From a virus: a DNA stretch of 64,000 bases. The stretch covers positions 18,254 to 82,253 of the IMG/VR virus record IMGVR_UViG_3300032050_013007; one strand, 5' to 3'. The translations under genes were made by a program, and so were the position numbers. The notes beneath the pieces are model-generated. The model ran no database searches, was not told where the DNA came from, and saw nothing but the letters and a program-made list of their open reading frames with translations. Each line of letters starts with the position of its first letter. The stretch's first letter is position 1. Of the stretch, positions 49,532 to 58,112 are shown piece by piece.

Positions 49532-49723
49532 ATGTTAATTGTAAAATTAGATAAAAATACTAACATTGAGAGAGCTCTTAAACTTTTAAAAAGCAAGGTG
49601 ATTAAAACAAGACAAACGTCCCAACTTGTAGAAAGAAAAGAGTATGAGAAGAAATCTGTAAAAAGGAGAAAAATGATTAAGAAAGCAAAGTATGTTCAAA
49701 AACTAAGAGACAAAGAAAATTAA
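49532..49723 (+). CDS. rpsU: Ribosomal protein bS21
   Basis: MLIV...NIERALK..K.K..KT....L..RKEYEKKSVKRR...KAKY is a Bacteroidia-type bS21. TTATTTATA at 49519. Confidence 0.88.
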   Translation: MLIVKLDKNTNIERALKLLKSKVIKTRQTSQLVERKEYEKKSVKRRKMIKKAKYVQKLRDKEN

Positions 49724-50439
49724 ATATTTTCGTTTAAATTCTTAATTTTGAAGTAAGTAAACTTATCGTACTTTTCTGAAATAACTTTTTCTAAAGTTTC
49801 TTCTATTCTTTGCTTTGTTTCTGAGTCACTTGAACTTTCTTTAAGTGACTTTAGCTTTACCGTGACCTCTTCCTTTAAAGTATCAAACTTGGTTTCTAAT
49901 TCTTTGTCATCTGATTTTAAAAAACTCATAAGTTCTTTTTTCTCAGATTCATTTAGATTATCAACATAATTAGAGATTGTTTTGTTTGCAACATTTACCA
50001 TTGTACTGATTGGTAAATTAACAACTTCTTTTTTAGGTTGTGATTTTTTCTTAAGAGTTTCCTTAATTAATTTTTTACCTAAAAGTCGTGATTCAATAGT
50101 TAGAACATCTGTAGAAAATAAATCATCTATGTGAGAATACTCATTTTTAGATTCTATTCCACTTACCCATTTCTGTAATTTTAAGATTGTTGAATCTTTA
50201 ATTTTATTTACAGTATTCTCATAAATTGTTATACACTCGTGAATATAATCGTCAACAACGGATTCATTTAGACCCTTGTTTGAATTTAATTCATCGTATA
50301 AATAAAAAAGTTTGGATATATTCTTATCCTCCAAAATGTATTTCTTAAAGTTTTTTAATTCTTCTTTAAAAGTTTTATCAGAATACGATTCCAGCATCAA
50401 CTTTTCAATTTTTGATTTTAATAATCCAAACTTTTTCAT
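49720..50439 (-). CDS. Hypothetical head-associated protein
   Basis: 239 aa, directly downstream of portal, with multiple LNE motifs. GATATTTATA at 50451. Confidence 0.75.
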   Translation of the reverse strand: MKKFGLLKSKIEKLMLESYSDKTFKEELKNFKKYILEDKNISKLFYLYDELNSNKGLNESVVDDYIHECITIYENTVNKIKDSTILKLQKWVSGIESKNEYSHIDDLFSTDVLTIESRLLGKKLIKETLKKKSQPKKEVVNLPISTMVNVANKTISNYVDNLNESEKKELMSFLKSDDKELETKFDTLKEEVTVKLKSLKESSSDSETKQRIEETLEKVISEKYDKFTYFKIKNLNENI

Positions 50440-50458
50440 CTTTTTTATTTTATAAATA

Positions 50459-52249
50459 TCAATCTCGTAGAAGTTTGCTCAATTGATTCTCCATTTCACC
50501 TAAAGAATTTTTTGCTCTAGATAAATCAATGTATGAATCGTCTTCAGTCAAACTATCGTTTTCTAAAAGAATTTTTAAATTATCCCTTTTAAAGTTTTCG
50601 GGAATTGGAGGTTCTGCACCTCCTGCAGGTTCAGGTGATGGTGGGGCTCCCCCTCCACCAGGAGGCGCCGGTGGGGCTCCACCTGCGGCAGTCGCTCCTG
50701 TTACAGAACCATATAACTTATCTACATTATCAAATATACCCGTATGAGTAATAATAGTTGCGGTATTAGTTAATTCAGCACCAACCGCCTTTTCAATTCT
50801 TTGTTGTTGTAAATCAAGTTTAATTTCTTCATCACTAAATCCAAGTACGTGTTTTTTAGCCCAAGAAACTGACACAGGTGCAATACCCTCAATCGCCGTA
50901 ACTGCGTCTTTATATAAAAGTATTTTTTCCTTCCAAACATCAACTTTCAATAAATCCGCTTGGGTCGATGGATTGGTTAAACCTAAGGTGAAGTTAGATA
51001 ATTCATCTTCAAACCCCATTAAAAACAGGTGAATAATCGCAATCTTATTTAATTCGGCAATCATACACTTTTGAATTCTGTTTATGGTGCGAGCAAAACG
51101 TATGTCTTGTAATGACAAATTTTTACCTTCACCTACAACCTCTTCAAAACCTAAAAACGCTTTAGGTACACGTAATGCAGTCAATAGTTTCTTTTGGATG
51201 TATTCAATATCAGCGATTTCAGATAAGTTTTGAGCGCCAGGTAAAGTATCGATTGGAGATGCTTGTGCTGGGTCACGAACAGGAATAAAATAATCTTGGT
51301 CAACCGCCATTTGATTAAATCTCATATCAACATTACCTGTCTTTGAGTCAACTACTTGGTCACGTTTAAACTTATTTGCAACACGTTGTACATAAGCTTC
51401 AACATCCTTATCATCCATATTACCAACAAACACCTTAAACACTCTTCTTTCAGGGGCTCTTGATGTTCTGTATATCAACATAGCATCTTCGGATAATAAC
51501 AATTGTTTCCAAATACGACGAGCTTTTTCCAACATAGAGGTACCATAAGGGAGTTTTCTATCGTCACCAAGCAATCTAAAGTGAGCAACTTCCCATGAAT
51601 TAAATTCCATGTCTTTTGCTTTCCACTTAAATCTTAAACCTCTATTTTCTTTTGGTTCATCAACATTTTGAGTTTTTGCCGGCATTCCCCTTTCCAATCT
51701 TTCAATCTCAATATTGGGTAACTGCATACAACCAACAACACCTTTTTCAGGGTCTAACTTTAGATATACAAAGTTATCTCCATACTTACAAGTGTTTCTT
51801 GTCCACATTGGTAAGTTGGTATTAAGGTCAAGTGCGTTATTAAATAAATCAGTTAAAATTCCTTTTATTCTTTTTGATTCAGAATAAATTTGCAACATAT
51901 AACCATTTTGGTCTACAGTTGTTGATTCTTCTCCGTATATGTCTAAAGCTGCAGAAATCTCTGGAGTATATTCCATACTCTCATAGTCATAAAATGAAGC
52001 CAAACGAGTTGGTTCATAATATACGGCTTGTGTATACAAATTACTCTCAATCTTCGTCCATTGGTTTGCCAAATAGAAAGTTTGTTGAGCTTGTAAAAGT
52101 TCTTTTTCATATTCTTGTTTTGAAGTGGTTTTGAGCAGCTCTTTCTTATCAAATTTATATGTAGGATAATCTTGATTTAACTGAGCGTTAGGTCCAAAAG
52201 CCCTTGTTAACCTCTGCCAAACTGTATACTGATTGTTGTTATTTTCCAT
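50459..52249 (-). CDS. Portal protein (T4 gp20-like)
   Basis: YESMEYTPEISAALDIY, LSEDAMLIYRTSRAPERRVF, DYFIPVR, IDTLPG, DIRFARTINRIQ. Confidence 0.93.
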   Translation of the reverse strand: MENNNNQYTVWQRLTRAFGPNAQLNQDYPTYKFDKKELLKTTSKQEYEKELLQAQQTFYLANQWTKIESNLYTQAVYYEPTRLASFYDYESMEYTPEISAALDIYGEESTTVDQNGYMLQIYSESKRIKGILTDLFNNALDLNTNLPMWTRNTCKYGDNFVYLKLDPEKGVVGCMQLPNIEIERLERGMPAKTQNVDEPKENRGLRFKWKAKDMEFNSWEVAHFRLLGDDRKLPYGTSMLEKARRIWKQLLLSEDAMLIYRTSRAPERRVFKVFVGNMDDKDVEAYVQRVANKFKRDQVVDSKTGNVDMRFNQMAVDQDYFIPVRDPAQASPIDTLPGAQNLSEIADIEYIQKKLLTALRVPKAFLGFEEVVGEGKNLSLQDIRFARTINRIQKCMIAELNKIAIIHLFLMGFEDELSNFTLGLTNPSTQADLLKVDVWKEKILLYKDAVTAIEGIAPVSVSWAKKHVLGFSDEEIKLDLQQQRIEKAVGAELTNTATIITHTGIFDNVDKLYGSVTGATAAGGAPPAPPGGGGAPPSPEPAGGAEPPIPENFKRDNLKILLENDSLTEDDSYIDLSRAKNSLGEMENQLSKLLRD

Positions 52250-52304
52250 TTTAAAAATTTAGAACTTACTATGGATAATTAAATAGTTTAGATTCTTATA
52301 AATA

Positions 52305-54065
52305 TTATCTACCACCAAATAACCACGCATATTTCATATAATCGTCTTTACTAATATTATTACCATTAAATTGATTTGGTCTATCTGTTGAAACCGGTAT
52401 GACCGGATTAAATGCAATTTGAGCACCAACATTTTCATTATTACTAACAGACCAAGATTCAATCATAGCCTTTGTTTGTTCTGTTACTTTTGTAAGTTGT
52501 GAAAATGATGATTCCGCAACATAACAAGCCATGGCGATAGACATAATTAAGTCATCATGGTGTCCTTTTTGGTGGTCAGGTCTTCCGTTAATGTAAATGA
52601 AAGTGTTCATCTCATTGAATAATCTATTACTATAGATTCTAAATTTGTGTCTCATGGCCTCCTCAAACGAGGCAATGATTTGAACTCTCTTGTTATTAAA
52701 ATTAATTCCTGGTATCTTTTCCGCGGCTTTTGGGTCCCATTTCCATTTGTTAGCTACGTCAACACCGTCAACATACAGGTTTTTATACCCCATCTCTTGT
52801 AATTTTCTTGATGTTGACACACCCATACCACCAGTTATATCAATCACAATAAAACATGAGTACATACTTGCCCATTTGTAGCAAATATCAGCCATCGTAT
52901 CAGGTGGTAACTTACCAACAAATTCCGCAACCTGTTCCCTCTCGTCAAAATCAATTATCTGAAATGAACTGAAATCCTCACTGTCACCCCTACTTACGTC
53001 AACCCCCATAACATACTTATGACCCTCAACAGGTTCTTTCCATATCCATAGAGCATTACCCATCATTTTATTTTGAGGTGGCCTAATCATGTTTTCCCTA
53101 ATATCTTGTAGTAAATTAGAATCAAACACATTATCACCAGAGCCTAAAAAATTACATTCTAACTCCTGAGAAACCTTTCGTTTATCATACTTTAATTTTT
53201 TAACCATACCTTCAAACCAATCTGAACATGGTTTATAACCACCATCCATTATTGATTTTAATTCCTCATAGTCTCTAGTTTCAAATGGTATATTAGTCCA
53301 ACTAATAATATCTTCTTTAGAATATTCTTCCTTGTTAAGTAAGTAATGAATAATGTCTTTTGTTTTAACCAGATATAAATCTTTAGTATATCTAGGGTCT
53401 CTAAACCAATACATTTCAGAAATCTTAAAGTCATTCATATTCCTATTAGCTTGGTCATAAATTTCATAGTATATTGGGTCAAATCCGTTTGGGGTTGATA
53501 CTACAATTACTTTACCTCCCGTAGACAAGGAGGCCATACAAGCGGCCCAAAAATCACTATCAGCCTCGATAAACGCTGCCTCGTCAAAAATTAATATTGT
53601 TGGTGTAAAACCACGAAGTGCGTCTTTTGATGTTGCAACTGCCTTAACTTCACACCCATTATTTAGTTTATAATGTTTTTGTGAGTTTTTATCCGCAGAA
53701 AAATCAATACCAACCCAAGAAGGCCACTGTCCAACAAAAGCCCTAATTTTATTAGCCATTTCAAGAGAAGTATCAAGTTTGTTGGCAATAATTAGAATTT
53801 TTTCAGGTTTGTTTTTTTTAGCAAATGCCAATCTTTTTGAAACCCAAGCTGCCGTTACTGTCGATACACCTGCTTGTCTGTATTTTAACGCAATGTTTTC
53901 ATTATAATTTTCGTAGTCGTCAAGCAAACTAATTTGGTCAGGGAATAGTTCTAATGGAACATACTTTGACACTGTATTGTCATAGGTTTGTAAATATGTC
54001 TTAAGAGCATAAGGAGTGTCCTTCATGCACCTAACATATTCTATCATTACTTGTTCTTTTGTCAT
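52305..54065 (-). CDS. terL: Terminase large subunit (T4 gp17-like)
   Basis: KYRQAGVST (Walker A variant), LIFDEAAF, VSTPNG, GVDVSRG, HDDLIMS. Confidence 0.93.
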   Translation of the reverse strand: MTKEQVMIEYVRCMKDTPYALKTYLQTYDNTVSKYVPLELFPDQISLLDDYENYNENIALKYRQAGVSTVTAAWVSKRLAFAKKNKPEKILIIANKLDTSLEMANKIRAFVGQWPSWVGIDFSADKNSQKHYKLNNGCEVKAVATSKDALRGFTPTILIFDEAAFIEADSDFWAACMASLSTGGKVIVVSTPNGFDPIYYEIYDQANRNMNDFKISEMYWFRDPRYTKDLYLVKTKDIIHYLLNKEEYSKEDIISWTNIPFETRDYEELKSIMDGGYKPCSDWFEGMVKKLKYDKRKVSQELECNFLGSGDNVFDSNLLQDIRENMIRPPQNKMMGNALWIWKEPVEGHKYVMGVDVSRGDSEDFSSFQIIDFDEREQVAEFVGKLPPDTMADICYKWASMYSCFIVIDITGGMGVSTSRKLQEMGYKNLYVDGVDVANKWKWDPKAAEKIPGINFNNKRVQIIASFEEAMRHKFRIYSNRLFNEMNTFIYINGRPDHQKGHHDDLIMSIAMACYVAESSFSQLTKVTEQTKAMIESWSVSNNENVGAQIAFNPVIPVSTDRPNQFNGNNISKDDYMKYAWLFGGR

Positions 54066-54080
54066 ATTCCTATAAATATC

Positions 54081-54105
54081 AAACCCCCGATAAACGGGGG
54101 TTTTT
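54081..54105. terminator. Intrinsic terminator-like hairpin
   Basis: aaacccccg-ataaa-cgggggtttttattt. Confidence 0.75.
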
Positions 54106-54109
54106 ATTT

Positions 54110-55435
54110 TTAAAGACCTAAATCTGCTAGATTTATGTCATCCAAATCATCATCATCCCATTTACTTGCTTCATCCTCATATTCTTGTTTTTTTAAATCT
54201 GAAACAATTTCATCAACCATCCTTTGAACCGCTTTATTTGCCGATGGGTCTCCGTTCAAAACACTTTTTGCAAATTTGAAAAAATCTTCAGCTGGTAGTT
54301 TTGAAAATCTCATAAAGAGGTAGTGTTGTATGTGTCTCTTATCTTCGTCAAATAACTCTAATGGGTATGACGCTTGGAATTTTTCCCAGAATATTGGTCC
54401 CAATCTCATATCCCAAATCTCAGCAGGAAGAGTGTCTTCGGCACCCATAATCATTTCAGCTTGTTTTGGGTCATCAGGTAATCCGTGTGTTCCGAATATA
54501 TCATAAACACCTTTAATAAGTTCATGTACTAATAATGGAAATGTTGCGGCTCTTGCCTTAACTGTTGGTGGGTCTGTTTCGATATCTACTTCAGATTGAC
54601 CAATTTGACCTTCACCTGATGCTGCCATACCCTCCATGTCCGGCATAACCCAATATAAGTGGTCCATAAGTGATTGGTTTACCCCATATAAATTAGCAAG
54701 TTCAGGGTCTAATCTATCAAGTTCATCTCTAACTAATTCAAACATGTAATGCCCTTTTTTAGACGCCCCCTGTATTAAAGAATTAATGAATCTTCTTTTA
54801 GCTTTTTCTAAATTAAATTTTTCAAATTCGTCTACAAAATCTTCAAGCTCATCTTGGTGTTTAAATGCTTGTTTAACATCTTGTTGTTTTGGTTCTTGAG
54901 GTTGTTGTCTCATTCCTTCAGCTGATGACATTGGTCCCATAACTAGTTTTGCATCAAACTGCATTGCTCCTTCAGGAATTGACATTTCTTTTTTTACCAA
55001 ATCAACCGCTAATCTTTCCAAGTATTCTTTATGTTGGAACTGTATTCTACCAACTTGTTGTAATGACTGCATAGCCATACCCATAAGTTGCATTAATGGG
55101 TTTCTCCCCTGAAGCGGAGCGGTTGTACCTAAATATCTTCTAACATTATCAACAGAATCTTTAAATCTTTTTGAGGAAACTAACTCAACGAAATCTCTGT
55201 CACCAATAGGCATTGCCGGATGTTTTGAGAATGGGGTTTCTTTACCTGTAATTTTTCTTTCGATATTTGGGTCCATTCTTTCAGGACCTTCATAATCTAT
55301 TGGAGCTTCATTTAAGACTCTTTTAATAGTTTTTAACAAATCATTTTCTTTTCTTGTTAAACCCTCAGTCATCAACTTCCTCTCTAAAGTTGATTTTTTC
55401 TTCAAGATTTTTTCCATTTTAATGTTATGACTCAT
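54110..55435 (-). CDS. Hypothetical phage protein
   Basis: 441-aa ORF with KRRFINSLIQG and FPLLVHELIKG motifs. Confidence 0.8.
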   Translation of the reverse strand: MSHNIKMEKILKKKSTLERKLMTEGLTRKENDLLKTIKRVLNEAPIDYEGPERMDPNIERKITGKETPFSKHPAMPIGDRDFVELVSSKRFKDSVDNVRRYLGTTAPLQGRNPLMQLMGMAMQSLQQVGRIQFQHKEYLERLAVDLVKKEMSIPEGAMQFDAKLVMGPMSSAEGMRQQPQEPKQQDVKQAFKHQDELEDFVDEFEKFNLEKAKRRFINSLIQGASKKGHYMFELVRDELDRLDPELANLYGVNQSLMDHLYWVMPDMEGMAASGEGQIGQSEVDIETDPPTVKARAATFPLLVHELIKGVYDIFGTHGLPDDPKQAEMIMGAEDTLPAEIWDMRLGPIFWEKFQASYPLELFDEDKRHIQHYLFMRFSKLPAEDFFKFAKSVLNGDPSANKAVQRMVDEIVSDLKKQEYEDEASKWDDDDLDDINLADLGL

Positions 55436-55437
55436 AA

Positions 55438-56400
55438 TTATTTTAAATTAATTCCTATTGAATCAAAGCTCATCCAATCAGGTAGTTTACCCGCCTTTGG
55501 AGCTGGTTTATGTTTTGGTTGATACGGGGTATCTTTTTTTGGTTTTGATGGGGTATCAACATCAGGTTTAACCGGTGTTTCAACCTCCTTTTCTTTCGCC
55601 TTTGGTGCTGGTTTATGTTTTGGCTGATACGGGGTATCTTTTTTTGGTTTTGATGGAGTATCAACATCAGGTTTAACCGGTGTCTCAACCTCTTTTTCAG
55701 ATTCTATAATCGTTTTAATAAAATCTTTTTTGCTCATTTTTGGTGGTATATTTTTCTGAATCATGTTCATAATACTTTCTTCTAATTTTTGTTCAAATGT
55801 AGGTCTAAAACTATTTCCCACACCCTTACTAACCGCGGCGGTATTTACACTTGCTAATTTATTAAAATAATCTTTAAATGAAAAATCTTCGTTAGTTTCT
55901 TCTTTCTTTTCAGGTAATTTTTTAAAATCTTTGGTTGATTTAGCAAATTCTTTTGCCATTTTACACCATTTTTTTTGTTCTTTAGTTTTACCATCACCGC
56001 ACTTAGCAAAAAACAATTTTTGTTGTGATTTAGATTCAAACTTTTCCTGTAAATCATCACTCATTGCTAAACCTAAATCAGGGTCTTTTTCACTAACCGC
56101 TAATGCAATATCATCATTTTCTAAATCATCACTTTCATTTGTAGTAGTAACAATCGCTTTACCATTTTGATTTTTAACCACATAATTACCAACCGCCATT
56201 TCTTTACCAGGGTCAATTTGATATTCTTTGGTTGTTTTTTGAATTTCTTTAACACCTGGTGGAGTTTGCTCTTTAGTTTCTATTTTAGATTCTTCCAATC
56301 TTTGATATAGAGCATTTATCTGATTTTCAGTTAATTCAGATAAAGTAGAACTGTTTAGTCCCGCGTTAATTAAAGATAATATTTTATTATTAGGTTTCAT
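55438..56400 (-). CDS. Hypothetical phage protein with 35-aa tandem duplication
   Basis: 320-aa ORF in an operon. Confidence 0.8.
   Translation of the reverse strand: MKPNNKILSLINAGLNSSTLSELTENQINALYQRLEESKIETKEQTPPGVKEIQKTTKEYQIDPGKEMAVGNYVVKNQNGKAIVTTTNESDDLENDDIALAVSEKDPDLGLAMSDDLQEKFESKSQQKLFFAKCGDGKTKEQKKWCKMAKEFAKSTKDFKKLPEKKEETNEDFSFKDYFNKLASVNTAAVSKGVGNSFRPTFEQKLEESIMNMIQKNIPPKMSKKDFIKTIIESEKEVETPVKPDVDTPSKPKKDTPYQPKHKPAPKAKEKEVETPVKPDVDTPSKPKKDTPYQPKHKPAPKAGKLPDWMSFDSIGINLK
55492..55698. repeat. 105-bp tandem duplication
   Basis: Copies start at 55492 and 55597. Five base differences, all synonymous. Confidence 0.9.
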
Positions 56401-56800
56401 AAACTACTTTTTTTTCAAACTCCAAAACTATATCTCTTTCATAGAGTTTATTTTTAACATCTTCTTCTTTCTCACCAAAACGAAATACTAATCTTTTCTT
56501 CAAATCAAAATTAATATTTTCGTTTTCATCCTCCCAAGATAAAGCAATTATATCATCAATTGCATCTATCATTGAAAAAAAATCGGAGTTCTGTATAACC
56601 GACATTTTAATTTCATCGTTTTTTAGAACTCCTACTCTTTTTATATTTTCAATGTTTGGAGGTAATGGGTAACCGTTTGAAGGTTTTGATTCCCAGTTTT
56701 CTCCCCAAACATTTTCCAAACTATCTGAGAATATAAATTCGTATATATTATCTCCTTTATAGTTTGGACCTAATTCATTAACAAATATCAAAAAACTCAT
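56390..56800 (-). CDS. Hypothetical phage protein
   Basis: 136-aa ORF overlapping both neighbours. Confidence 0.8.
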   Translation of the reverse strand: MSFLIFVNELGPNYKGDNIYEFIFSDSLENVWGENWESKPSNGYPLPPNIENIKRVGVLKNDEIKMSVIQNSDFFSMIDAIDDIIALSWEDENENINFDLKKRLVFRFGEKEEDVKNKLYERDIVLEFEKKVVYET

Positions 56801-58053
56801 AGAATACGACCCTTAGGACTAACTCTAACTTTAGTATCATTTATCTCAAAAACCAAATTTTTGTTATTGTCTTTTCCTACTAGTTTCGCTTCTTTGTATT
56901 TTTTAATTAATTTTCTTGAAATAACCTCTTGTTCAACATTTTCACTGATTACACCGAGTTTCCAAACTAATTCTTCTCTACTTTTTCTTTTTTGTTCGGT
57001 TAAAACTTTTTCAGTATTTTCAATATTAAAATATTTTGTTAAGATTTTATCAACTTTTGACTCCGTGAATAAACCTTCAATCATCTCTTCCACTTTGGCG
57101 GCCTCATAATCTGACATACCACGGTTTTTAAGTTGTTTAGGTTTAGTTCTTTTTGGGGTTTCAAAATCACCATAGTCTAGTACTTCATCAAACATTTCAG
57201 CCATTTCTCCCCCTGTCTCAGGTTGAGGTGCTTCAGGTGATTCTGGTTCGATTTCTTCTCCACCCATTTCTCCTTCACTACCCATTCCTTCTTCCTCACC
57301 TTCAAATTTCATCATAATTTCATCTCTGTCCTCTTCTTCCAAATTATTTAAATCAAATGCTGATAAAACTGAATTTATAACATATTTTATATCTTTTGAG
57401 GACATTGGATTTTCTTCATCTTGAGATAACGTTCTAATTTTTTGAGCTAGTTTTCCTGTAAGTTTTTGTATCGTTTTAAAAGTCGCCGGTTCTTCATCAC
57501 CCATTCCTCCTTCTTCACCTGAATCTGATGGTCCTTCTTCACCTGAATCTGCTGGTCCTTCGTCATCCATTTCTGCCGGAGCCGGTCCTTCGTCATCCAT
57601 TCCTGTAGGAGCGGGTGCAGGTGCTGGGGCTGGTGCCGCCGCAGGTGGTGCTTGTTCTTCCATAGCGGTTTTAAGATAATATTTCATACCACTCTCATCT
57701 TCTTCGTTAAATAACGATAAATTTTTATCATTACCTGTTGATTCGTTAATTTCTTTAACAATCAAGTTAAGCCTTTTAAGAGCTTGGGAATATGAGTTAT
57801 AATATTTTCTACTTTTCATGGGTTCTATATAGTCAGACGAAGATTCTGAAATGCCTTTTTTAATAACATATCCATTTTTTTCTTTATCAATTCTATATGT
57901 GTATCCATCTGATAATACTTTTGAGTATTCAACAGATGTATCCTCATTAATCGGCTTAGGTATGTATTCTTTGTATCTTGATATCTCAATCATACGATTG
58001 ATTTTATCCATACCTTGAAGTTTCTCACTTCCTATTGGTTTTAGTTTTCCCAT
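56797..58053 (-). CDS. Hypothetical acidic, Pro-rich head-associated protein
   Basis: 418 aa with low-complexity acidic linkers. Extended late motif at 58081. Confidence 0.8.
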   Translation of the reverse strand: MGKLKPIGSEKLQGMDKINRMIEISRYKEYIPKPINEDTSVEYSKVLSDGYTYRIDKEKNGYVIKKGISESSSDYIEPMKSRKYYNSYSQALKRLNLIVKEINESTGNDKNLSLFNEEDESGMKYYLKTAMEEQAPPAAAPAPAPAPAPTGMDDEGPAPAEMDDEGPADSGEEGPSDSGEEGGMGDEEPATFKTIQKLTGKLAQKIRTLSQDEENPMSSKDIKYVINSVLSAFDLNNLEEEDRDEIMMKFEGEEEGMGSEGEMGGEEIEPESPEAPQPETGGEMAEMFDEVLDYGDFETPKRTKPKQLKNRGMSDYEAAKVEEMIEGLFTESKVDKILTKYFNIENTEKVLTEQKRKSREELVWKLGVISENVEQEVISRKLIKKYKEAKLVGKDNNKNLVFEINDTKVRVSPKGRIL

Positions 58054-58112
58054 TTTATTTTTTTTGTGAAAATTATTTTTATATAAATATATCAGTATTA
58101 AGAAAATTCCAT

